The position numbers and the translations under genes are program-made. A stretch of DNA of 44,312 nt from Candidatus Thalassarchaeaceae archaeon (GTDB lineage: Archaea > Thermoplasmatota > Poseidoniia > Poseidoniales > Thalassarchaeaceae): positions 1-44,312 of the forward strand of contig CAUZSY010000001.1 in the NCBI GenBank assembly GCA_963582725.1, written 5' to 3'. Under the pieces are notes generated by a model. The model was not told where the DNA came from and made no database searches. It saw nothing but the letters and a program-made list of their open reading frames with translations. Position 1 is the first letter of the stretch. Every line of letters starts with the position of its first letter. Shown one piece after another: positions 9,901-17,800 of this stretch.

Positions 9901-10094
9901 TCCGCGAGGATGTAGGGGTCGGCTTCGGTGCCAGAACCGGACCAGTTGTTGTCGTTCGCCTGTGTGGTGAAGTCGCTGTCGCCGTCGATGCCGATGATAT
10001 CGGAGTACTCGGCCGCGACGGTGGGCAGGCCGAACATCGGCAGGGCCAAGGCGGCGATCAAAAGCAGGCTGACGGTCAATATCCGTGATTCCAT
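6972..10094 (-). CDS. large secreted cell-surface protein: signal peptide, right-handed parallel beta-helix (PbH1/NosD-like) repeats, thrombospondin-type-3-like Ca-binding repeats, beta-sandwich-like module, C-terminal TM anchor
   Basis: Signal peptide 'MESRILTVSLLLIAALALPMFGLPTVAA'. About 25 repeats of the 'N.I..N...GI.I' type. Repeated 'D.D.DG..D..D.CP.T' units. Many N-x-S/T sequons. C-terminus is 'GIPHAGVIATFVSLLGAALIRRRK'. Confidence 0.9.
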   Translation of the reverse strand: MESRILTVSLLLIAALALPMFGLPTVAAEYSDIIGIDGDSDFTTQANDNNWSGSGTEADPYILADLQINVTSSSTAGIEVRNTDHHFIIENCSIDGNDTTWYNQGGIILYGAPNGIIDGCTLYGLSAPIEVRNSGGAVVRDSVIQGVGSTRAGIKIYSSEGTEVSNNTIELLDSDADSGCCRDGIVVDGSDDSSIRNNSIENTTRNGLLLDGSVDLTVDNNTLMNTSFGFDFFFSSDTPNSYTFTANTVNGLPVVYLASQTGGDSIDLTGVGQLILVSCSQMTIANQNMSGAGTPLILASSNMVISNNSFSNMFGPGMKLLDDQFSSVENNSFTGNRGNGLEIEDSGHTSITNNYMASNENAGLDIYRADDLEVRGNLIEDNEGDGLNLFAGDTNTFIRNTIIDNADSGVSIFSEDHHTFESNLISGNNWRGIDMWQVDATEFLNNTITLNGYHGIEAKDTIDLVVRGNLISDNGWSGVFIDTFSDSDTVTGVDVSLNMISDNTAEGLEIENMEDSVIIENIFRSNDAGYKMVGSSNNLIWGNDFSGESTFGSVTDGSNVWNETYPQGGNHWGTLALDDLASGEDQDQTGSDGIYDSHKYISSGNYDRYPLVQPPTIVVPALTGDIDDDGVPDVDDLCPGTEPGSAVDDDGCADDQLDDDDDGVTNGDDLCPDTPATDMVDDDGCGPSQLDSDADGVMDDVDQCPNTPMNDTADATGCGDSQVDDDGDGVFNADDLCPDTPVTETADDDGCSPSQLDSDGDGVMDDVDQCPNTSASETVDQNGCAANQLDSDGDSIHDGDDACPGTPSGTPVDSTGCPEDEVIHIWPDDVGGYDSAQNYSRNISTGHSSLTTLYEVDNLVANVTYLIEWHIANGSDSAASVIASGNLTIDAANNTGFAEPLHAAQNLSAGCYAVSAELFGGAGQSLDDDEYALCISGAPAVSDADGDGIHDGDDTCPDTPAGVPVDSTGCPEESGSSGAGDGNETGANQTTPPTDGGGSPPVPMPPEQEDESGSSIGIPHAGVIATFVSLLGAALIRRRK
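7630..8235 (-). repeat. tandem array of TSP3-like acidic Ca-binding repeats (DxDxDGxxDxxDxCPxT), including near-duplicate ~66-aa double units
   Basis: Protein: 'PSQLDSDADGVMDDVDQCPNT...' and 'PSQLDSDGDGVMDDVDQCPNT...'. DNA: 'ggacactggtcgacatcgtccat' recurs at about 7781 and about 7977. One more copy lies at about 7170-7270. Confidence 0.75.
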
Positions 10095-10163
10095 GACAAT
10101 CGAGCGAGGCTTGCGATTATCACGATTGCCATGGATTCGGCCGATTCATTCGGCGCTCGAGAT

Positions 10164-11423
10164 TCAGATGCTGGCATAGTACGCCTGTGCGGCGTCTTCC
10201 AGTTCGGCCGCGGCGGCCGACTCGTCGATCGACAGGGTGACGCCGTCTCGTCGGAGCGCGCGCCCGTCGACGAACACGTCGAGGCAGTCGGCGCTCGAAT
10301 AGATCAGATTGCCCAGCAGCCGTCGACCATCGCGTCCGCTCGGCCGCATCCGGATATCATCTAGCGACCAGGTCACCCAGTCGCGGCTCCCATTGGTCGC
10401 GAGGTTCCATGTCTCCAACGGTGGCAGGATCGTCGCATCCCAGTGGTCGTGCCGCTGGATCAGGCTCGCCGCCTTCGCTTCGGCCCGCATGTCGAGGCTG
10501 TTGTTGCTGCCCGGACCATCCGTCCCCAGTCTCACATCGACGCCCGCCTCGCGCATCGCTGGATACGACATCGTGCCGCCGGTCGCCAATTTCTGGTTGC
10601 TGACCGGGCAGTGCACCGCGTGCACCTCGTGCTGCGCAAGTATGCGCATCTCGCGCTTGGTCACCCAGCCACAGTGGGCGCACACCGTCCCCTCCTGGAA
10701 GTAGCCGATGGAGTCGAGATACTCGATCGGATACATACCGTGCTCGGCGTGGCAGTCTGCCACCTCGCTGCGGGTCTCGCTGGCGTGTATGTGGAGCCTG
10801 CAACCGTGCTCGGCGGCCATCTGGGCGGCCTTCATCAGGGTCTCCTCGCTACAGGTGTAGATCGCGTGGGTGCCGATGCCGTAATCTACTCGGTCGGACG
10901 GAGACCCGCCTCTAAGAAGAGCGTCCATCTTCTGCAGAGCCTCATCGCCTCCAGAGGGATAGGAGGGGGTCGGAAAGTCGGTGATCGGCCCGCAGGCCAC
11001 ACCTCGGACACCCGACTCGACCAGAACGCCGGCCACGACGTCCGGGTGGTAGTACATGTCGCAGGCGAAGGTCGTGCCGGTGGCGATCATCTCGGCCACC
11101 GCCGCTCTCGTGCCCGCTTCGACGAAACCCGCTGTGAGCCCCTTCTCGACCGGGAAGACCATGGTCTCCAGCCACTCCATCAGGGCCAGCCCATCGCCCA
11201 TCGAGCGATTCAGGATCATCGCCAGATGGGTGTGCCAGTTCTGCAGTGATCTGGTGATGACGCGACCGGTCGCATCGACTTCCGATTCGACGTCCTCGTC
11301 GCCCTTGGCCGGGGCCCAACCGCCTTCGGGGAACAGTAGCACATCACCTTCATGGACGCGTCCCGATTGATCCAGCAGACAGCCTCCGGTGAGTCGGAAC
11401 ACACCAGAAGAATCCTCGCTCAT
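10164..11423 (-). CDS. mtaD: amidohydrolase, 5'-methylthioadenosine/S-adenosylhomocysteine deaminase-like (MtaD/DadD type)
   Basis: 'LQNWHTHLAM' HxH metal motif, 'HIHASET', 'HCPVSNQKLATG', 'GTDGPGSNNSLDM'. 419 aa. Confidence 0.8.
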   Translation of the reverse strand: MSEDSSGVFRLTGGCLLDQSGRVHEGDVLLFPEGGWAPAKGDEDVESEVDATGRVITRSLQNWHTHLAMILNRSMGDGLALMEWLETMVFPVEKGLTAGFVEAGTRAAVAEMIATGTTFACDMYYHPDVVAGVLVESGVRGVACGPITDFPTPSYPSGGDEALQKMDALLRGGSPSDRVDYGIGTHAIYTCSEETLMKAAQMAAEHGCRLHIHASETRSEVADCHAEHGMYPIEYLDSIGYFQEGTVCAHCGWVTKREMRILAQHEVHAVHCPVSNQKLATGGTMSYPAMREAGVDVRLGTDGPGSNNSLDMRAEAKAASLIQRHDHWDATILPPLETWNLATNGSRDWVTWSLDDIRMRPSGRDGRRLLGNLIYSSADCLDVFVDGRALRRDGVTLSIDESAAAAELEDAAQAYYASI

Positions 11424-11498
11424 GCGACTACCTCAGATCTGCCATCGTGCAACCGTTCACCTCTGCCGGCCCTTCCTTCCTCGCTAGGTCACGGCGAC

Positions 11499-12218
11499 TC
11501 AGTCACTGGATGGCGGCGGCAGGAACGGGATTATCAGACTGGCCAGTGACGGGATGTTCCGGGTCTGGATCCAGATCGTGCCCTGACCGCTGAAGTTCAT
11601 CACCAGTCCTTCGCCGCCGAACATGAACGACTTCATGCCGCCGACCTTGTTGATCTGATAGTCGAGGCCGCTCTCGTAGGCGACCAGATGGCCGGTGTCG
11701 ACCGTCACGATCTGACCGGGCTCGACCGGGATCTCCTTCATCGCGCCGTACGAGTTGTAGTAGATGCGACCGGCGCCCTGCTCGACATAGGCGCGGATGA
11801 AGAACAGGCTCTCGCCGCTGAAGAATCCCTTGAAGCCCTCGAACTTGGTGTCGGTCTCGACGTTCGTCGTGCAGGCGAGGAACGAACCGCTCTGGATGAA
11901 CAGTTGCTGGCCGGGCTGCAGATCGAACCACTTGATGTCACCGGGGGCGCCCGGCGCCAGTGAGATCCACCCCCCGCCGCCTCCGGCGGTGAAGGTGTTC
12001 AGGAAGAACGACTCGCCGCCGAGCATCGCCTTCTTCAGCCCCTTGAAGAATCCGCCACTCGACTTGGTCTGCATCTCGCAGCCGGCCATCGCCACCATGC
12101 CGCCCGGTTCGACCTTGATCGCTTCGCCAGCCTCCATGTTGACGGTCAGCAGCGTGTAGGCGGGATTGTACTCGATGTGTTCTTGCATGATGAGGCGAGG
12201 TGGGGTTCCCCCCATCAT
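11499..12218 (-). CDS. AIM24/DUF124 (TIGR00266) family protein, paralog 1
   Basis: 'NPAYTLLTVNMEAGEAIKVEPGGMVAM', 'GGESFFLNTFTA', 'FSGESLFFIRA', 'GGEGLVMNFSGQGTIWIQTR'. GGAG lies 5 nt upstream of the ATG at 12218. Confidence 0.85.
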   Translation of the reverse strand: MMGGTPPRLIMQEHIEYNPAYTLLTVNMEAGEAIKVEPGGMVAMAGCEMQTKSSGGFFKGLKKAMLGGESFFLNTFTAGGGGGWISLAPGAPGDIKWFDLQPGQQLFIQSGSFLACTTNVETDTKFEGFKGFFSGESLFFIRAYVEQGAGRIYYNSYGAMKEIPVEPGQIVTVDTGHLVAYESGLDYQINKVGGMKSFMFGGEGLVMNFSGQGTIWIQTRNIPSLASLIIPFLPPPSSD

Positions 12219-12309
12219 ATCATCTCCTTCTTCACTCGCTCAGTAACCTCGCTCTCAGAATGGCAGGGACCGCAACTCAAGATGCAGGGTGACCGGCGGG
12301 ATGAGGACA

Positions 12310-12480
12310 TCACTCGTTCAGAGCTCGCAGGAACTCGGCCAGCGCCTCGATGTCATCGAACTGAAAGGTGACGGCGCTGATGTGCTCGCAGTCCTGGCAG
12401 ATGAAGCGCTTGCCGGTCTCGTAGCCCATGTACGGTGCAAGCCGCGGGCTGTAGCAGTTCGAACAGACTTCGACGGTCAC
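12310..12480 (-). CDS. unannotated 56-aa zinc-ribbon protein (CxxC...CxxC)
   Basis: My own translation: (GTG)V-TVEVCSNCYSPRLAPYMGYETGKRFICQDCEHISAVTFQFDDIEALAEFLRALNE*. In-frame stop immediately upstream. GGAGG (plus-strand 'cctcc', 12491-12495) lies 10 nt upstream of the GTG. GC-rich third positions. Below the ORF-track length cutoff. Confidence 0.5.
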   Translation of the reverse strand: MTVEVCSNCYSPRLAPYMGYETGKRFICQDCEHISAVTFQFDDIEALAEFLRALNE

Positions 12481-12641
12481 CTACGCCGACCCTCCGCTTG
12501 GGTAGATGGCCGTCACACTACTTCGTTGTTCACACACACCAATGCGGGGTGATATCGCAGAACCGACGGGAGGGGGTGGGTCTCGTTGACCGGTTGAATG
12601 GACAGTGGATATCAGCGCCCGGTCAGGGTGAACGGCGGGTC

Positions 12642-13358
12642 TCAGCCCTTGGTGGGCAGGAACGGCAACAGCTTCGCAGCGAGGCTCTGGACGTTGCGGG
12701 ACTGGATCCACACATTGCCCTGACCGCTGAAGTTCATCACCAGACCTTCGCCGCCGAACAGGAAGGACTTCATCCCACCGACTTTGTTGATTTTGTACTC
12801 CAAGCCCTCCTCGAAAGCGACGACATGGCCAGTGTCGACGGTGACCACCTGACCCGGCTGCACCGGGATCTTCTTCATCGCACCGAACGAGTTGTAGTAG
12901 ACCCGGCCGGCGCCAGCTTCGGTGAACGCACGGATGAAGAAGATCGATTCACCGCTGAAGAAGCCCTTGAAGCCCTGGAACTTCGTGTCGGTCTGGACAT
13001 TGGTGCTGGAGGCGAGGTAGGAGCCACCCTGAATGAAGATCTGACGACCCGGCTCGATGTCAGCCCACTGGATGTCACCCGGGCTGCCCGGTGCCAGACT
13101 GACCCAGCCACCCTGTGCGCCGGCCGTGTAGGTGTTCAGGAAGAACGACTCGCCGCCGAGCATCGCCTTCTTCAGCCCCTTCAGGAAACCGCCACCCGAC
13201 TTGGTTTGCATCTCGCAGCCCGCCATCGCGACCATGGCGCCCGGCTCTGCGTTGATCTGCTCGCCGGCGCTCATCGCCATGGTCAGCAGGGTGTAGGCCG
13301 GATTGAATTCGATGTGTTCTTCCATAGACTCTCGACATGGTGTCCGACGCTTCAACAT
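12642..13358 (-). CDS. AIM24/DUF124 (TIGR00266) family protein, paralog 2
   Basis: Collinear with 11499-12218 and roughly three quarters identical by eye: 'NPAYTLLTMAMSAGEQINAEPGAMVAM', 'GGESFFLNTYTA', 'GGEGLVMNFSGQGNVWIQSR'. An alternative start is the ATG at 13325 ('MEEHIEF'). Confidence 0.85.
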   Translation of the reverse strand: MLKRRTPCRESMEEHIEFNPAYTLLTMAMSAGEQINAEPGAMVAMAGCEMQTKSGGGFLKGLKKAMLGGESFFLNTYTAGAQGGWVSLAPGSPGDIQWADIEPGRQIFIQGGSYLASSTNVQTDTKFQGFKGFFSGESIFFIRAFTEAGAGRVYYNSFGAMKKIPVQPGQVVTVDTGHVVAFEEGLEYKINKVGGMKSFLFGGEGLVMNFSGQGNVWIQSRNVQSLAAKLLPFLPTKG

Positions 13359-13608
13359 TGGCCCAGCGTTTTTCGCTCGTCTGAACTGCTCCTCCCTGTC
13401 GTCCGGACGGTGAGGTTACCGCGCAGGCTCGATCGGCGAGCCTCACCGTGCAGACCGCACAGCGAGGGTAGTGCGAACGGTTCTAGTCGGTCGTTCGTGC
13501 AGGGACGATCGCTGCCGTGACAGGTGTCGGATGACCGGCTCGTCGGTGGGGGCACCGGTCGGTGAGGAGCGGGCAGATTGATGGCGGTCGGCGGCTGCGA
13601 CTCGGCCG

Positions 13609-14646
13609 ATGACGAGTGAGGATCCGTATCGAGCGCTCGGCGTCTCCCCGGATGCGACCGACGCCGAAATCAAGCGGGCGTATCGGCGTCTGGCGCGACA
13701 GCATCACCCCGACAGGAATCCCGGCGATGCCGCGGCCGAGGAGCGATTCAAGGCGGTACAGTCGGCATACGACGCGATCGGCACGGCCGAGTCTCGTCGC
13801 GAGCACGACGAACAGAGGCGGATGCGCGAGATGTTCGGTGGCGGCGGGCCTTTCCGGACCGGCGGCGGATCGGGGGGAGGCGTCCAGTTCGATTTCGGCG
13901 GTGGCGGCGGCGATTTCGCCGACATCCTGCGGCAGATGATGAGTGGCGGTGGCGGTAGCCCTTTCAGCGCCGGTGGCGGCGGCACCATCTTCGATCAGTT
14001 CGGTGGCGCCCGTTCGGCCGGGCAAACGGGCCATGCAGCCGGTCCGACGGCGAAGCGAGAGCCTGCGCGCGGCCACGACATAGGACATGCGCTCGACATC
14101 GACCTCGAACAGGCAGCAGTCGGTGGCGAGGTGCCGTTCAGGCTCAGCCGGCTCCGCCGCTGCCGTGAGTGCGAGGGCAGCGTCTTCGGCACCGGCCGGC
14201 GCTGCGCCAGATGCGATGGCCGCGGCGTCGAGCGCCGGACCAGCACTGTCAGGGTGAAGATCCCAGCCGGCGTCGAGCACGGTCACCAATTGCGGCTTCG
14301 GGGTCTCGGCGACGAGCATCCGGCCGGAACGCCAGGCGATCTGACCCTCGACGTGCGCATCGATGCCGGCGAGGACCGCCGCTGGGAAGACGGTCGTCTC
14401 ATCCAGTCGGTCGCAGTGCCGTTCTCGACTCTGACGCTTGGCGGACGGGTCCGGCTGCGGACTCCGGCCGACAAGCGGATCGAGGTCGAAGTCCCCGAAG
14501 GCAGCCGCATCGGCGACCGTCGCCGGCTGGCCGGGCAGGGCGTCGCCGCCGGACCGCTCGACATCGAGTTCACTCTCGCTGAGCCGGCCGATCTGACCGA
14601 AGAGCAGCGGGCCGCCGTCGAGCGGCTGCGCGACGCTGGACTCTGA
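13609..14646 (+). CDS. DnaJ-type J-domain co-chaperone (J domain, Gly-rich linker, reduced zinc finger, C-terminal substrate-binding domains)
   Basis: 'DPYRALGVSPDATDAEIKRAYRRLARQHHPDRNPGD' (HPD motif), G-rich stretch, 'CRECEGS...CARCDGRG', 'PGDLTLDVRI'. Confidence 0.85.
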   Translation: MTSEDPYRALGVSPDATDAEIKRAYRRLARQHHPDRNPGDAAAEERFKAVQSAYDAIGTAESRREHDEQRRMREMFGGGGPFRTGGGSGGGVQFDFGGGGGDFADILRQMMSGGGGSPFSAGGGGTIFDQFGGARSAGQTGHAAGPTAKREPARGHDIGHALDIDLEQAAVGGEVPFRLSRLRRCRECEGSVFGTGRRCARCDGRGVERRTSTVRVKIPAGVEHGHQLRLRGLGDEHPAGTPGDLTLDVRIDAGEDRRWEDGRLIQSVAVPFSTLTLGGRVRLRTPADKRIEVEVPEGSRIGDRRRLAGQGVAAGPLDIEFTLAEPADLTEEQRAAVERLRDAGL

Positions 14647-14870
14647 ATCCGAACTGCCAATCTGCCGCTCAGCCTCCGCAGATGAGGTGCGCCGGTTGAG
14701 TGAGGGTCAGCCTCGATTCACACAGCGATGCGCCAGTGCGACCGGGGCTTCCGTGTGAGTGGGGGTCGGCGTCAATCCATCCAAGGGTGCACCATCCTCA
14801 TCGGAGATTGCAGGGAGAGTGAGGCGCAACGGCGAGCGTTGATGAGCAGGTCCTCGGTGCCTCGGCCGGC

Positions 14871-17800
14871 ATGCGAGACTTCGACAGGGTGGCCAGCCAC
14901 CTGATTCCGCGACGACGCCTCGCGCACCTGTTCGTGGGCATCGTGACACTCTTCCTGCTGGTCGGACTGCCGGTCTCGATGACGCCGGCCGACATCGAGG
15001 GCTACAACCTCGAATCGGCTGAGATCAACGCACAGCGCGTCATCGACGACGAGTTCAACGGCAGCGGCGTGCTGTTCGGATTCATCATCTCGCTGCGCCA
15101 GCCGGCCGCCGTCCCAGCGGCACCGACGCCTGCAACCGTGACGGAGATCATTGCGTACCCCGGCCTAGGGGGTGGCATCGAGAGCCCCCAGGGAGGGATT
15201 CTCAATCTGTCGGTGCTCAGGGAGATCGACCGCAAGACGGAGGCGATGACCGAATTCCACATCAGCGATCTCTATTCGCCGCTGTACAGCGAAGTGACCG
15301 GGGTGCCGGTCGAAGGCGTCCTCTCGCTGTCGGAGACGTTCCGCGACTTCATGGCGAATCGATCCCGACTGACTCAACCGACCGTCGACCTGTTCGGTCG
15401 CCTCGTCCCGCCTGCCACCGATTGGAGCGATTGCGGGGCTCTGGAGTGCCTGACCTTCGATGATCCGAACATCACTCAAGCCCACATCGACCTGGCCGCT
15501 CACCGGATGGCCAACCACAGCGATGGCGCCTTCCTCCGCTGGCTCTCCGACGACCGCGCCTTCCTGCCCGACCCGACATCGTCGGTGTACGGCCCGGTCG
15601 GTGGCAGCCTTGTTCAAAACGGGGTCTGGGATGACGCGACCTGGATGCCGGGTCGCTGGTCGGCCTCCTCCGCGTGGCTGCTGATCAGCCTCGACCACGA
15701 TGCGGTACAGGATGCCGGCTGGACCTTCCAGTGGGGCGAGGCGAGTCAGGACTGGGGCTACCGGCTGGAGGGCACAGGTTTCGTCGTCGATGCGCCGATT
15801 CACACCAGCGAACAGTGCCTGGCCCGGGTGACAGCCGGCGAGGGTGCGTGTTCAGTTGAATGGCTGTTCATGTCGATGCAGCAAACGATGCGCGAGTTGG
15901 ACCAGCAGACGACGACGCTGCTGGTCGCCGAGAGCATCAATGTCGAGGTCAATCGCGAACTGTACAGCAGCGTCTGGCTGCTCGTCTTGATGGGTGCGGC
16001 CATCGTCGTCCTGCTCTGGGCCAGCCTGCGCAGGTGGAGCGATGTCGCAATCGTCTGCACCGGACTCGTCGGTTCACTCGTCTGGATGCAGGGTGCGATC
16101 GGCTGGGGCATCATACTCGGAGAAGGGGTGGGCAGACCGTTCATCGAGCGCTCGCAGTTCTCGAATCTACTGCCGATATTGATTCTCGCGCTCGGCATTG
16201 ATGACAGCCTGCACGTGCTGCACCGATACAAGGAGGAGCGGCGGGGCGGGGCGACCCCGGAAGGCGCCGCGCACACCTCGGTCAGTCGGGTCGGTCGAGC
16301 CATCATGCTGACCTCGCTGACCACGACAGCCGCGTTCATGGCGAACCTGTTCAGCGACATCCCGGCACTACGCTCGTTCGGCATCGAGGCGGCGCTCGGC
16401 ATCACCTCGGCGTTCGTGCTGACCGGCCTCTGGGTACCGCTCGTTCGACTCGATGTCGACCTCGCTCTGAGGCGACGCCAGCGGTTACGAGAACCGCGTT
16501 CGGACGAGATCAACCTGGTGCCGGCGCCGTGGCTGGCCGCGATCACCCGCTCCTCCGGTCGCTTCGCGCCCTTCGTGTTCCTGTCAGCGCTTCTCATCAC
16601 CGCCATCGCGACCCCGGCGATGCTTTCTCTGGAGGGCGATTTCAAGGTCGAGGACTTCCTAGACGCGGAGTCCGAGTTCGTGGTCGGAGTCGACCTGATC
16701 GACGAGCGGTTCGCCAGCGAGGGCGAACCCGCCACCATTCTGATCGAAGGCGACATGGCGCACCCGGCGGTGCTCGATGCGATAGTCGAATTGCGCAACA
16801 ACATGGACGACATATCGCCCGAAGACCCGGACAAGTTCAGTCGCGACCCGGCTGGGCATGTCAAGTTGATAGCGATCGATGAGATGCTCGAAGCGTCGCT
16901 GTATGCGCTGATGTACGACAGGACGCCGTACGAAGCGGTCGGCTGGAACGCCAGCCTGCCGGACGCCGGAGTCAACTGCCCTATATCCGGCATCGGGGTA
17001 CCCGATTTCGATGACCGCGGCTGCATCACCTTCTTCTTCGGATTCATGCTGACGCATGGTGTTCCACCGAGCGGCGGCGTGCCAGAGATCAGCCCCGGCA
17101 TCGCCGCCAGCATCCTGCAGGCTCAGACGCCGATCGATCCGACCCGGCCATGGCTCGATGTGAACGGCGATCCAGCCTTCTTCCATCGCAGCCTGATGCA
17201 GTTCGGCGTGCGATCGGCCGACCGGTTCCCGCTGGTGGAGTTGGCGCTGGCGGAACTGGACCGTGACCTGGCGCCGTTCCACAACCTGACCGCCGCCTCC
17301 CGCAAGGTCCGCGCACCGCTCACCTCCGTCGACGACAACCACCCGCTAACCTGGGTCATCGAGACCGGCTCCCCCATCACCCGCTACATCGCGTCGACAC
17401 GGATGCAGGGAGAGTTGCAGAACTCGCTCGGACTCGGTGTCCTGATGTGCATCCTGGCGCTCTGGTGGGGCTTCCGACCGGAGCGCCAGAGAGCCCCGTC
17501 CGGGGTAGTCGCTGGCTCCGCCGGCGGGCTGTCACCGGCCGATGCGACGAAGCAGACAGGTCAGCAGATCGAAACTGATGAAACTTCGATTGTCGAACTC
17601 TCGCCTGTCGTACCATCAGCCGTCGGGCTCTCGACCGACGGGCTCTCGTCCAACGCACGGTTGATGGCGATCAGGCTACTGGTCTCAGCACCGTTCATCG
17701 CCGCGTCGGTCTGGTTCATCCGCTGGAGCGACGCTCCCGACTGGGCGTTCGCTCTGCTACTCGCTCTGCTGCTCTGCGGCGCCCTCTTCTGGGGTCTGCG

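Noticed and set aside
12435-13520. 361-aa plus-strand ORF
   Set aside because: It is antisense to AIM24 paralog 2, which has strong family motifs. The Arg/Leu/Asp-rich shadow translation is typical of high-GC DNA.
13483-14319. 278-aa minus-strand ORF
   Set aside because: It is antisense to the DnaJ gene, which has an unmistakable J-domain with HPD. It is an Ala/Arg-rich shadow frame.
15800-17113. 437-aa minus-strand ORF
   Set aside because: It is antisense to the MMPL/RND transporter gene. The Ser/Arg-rich translation has no motifs.
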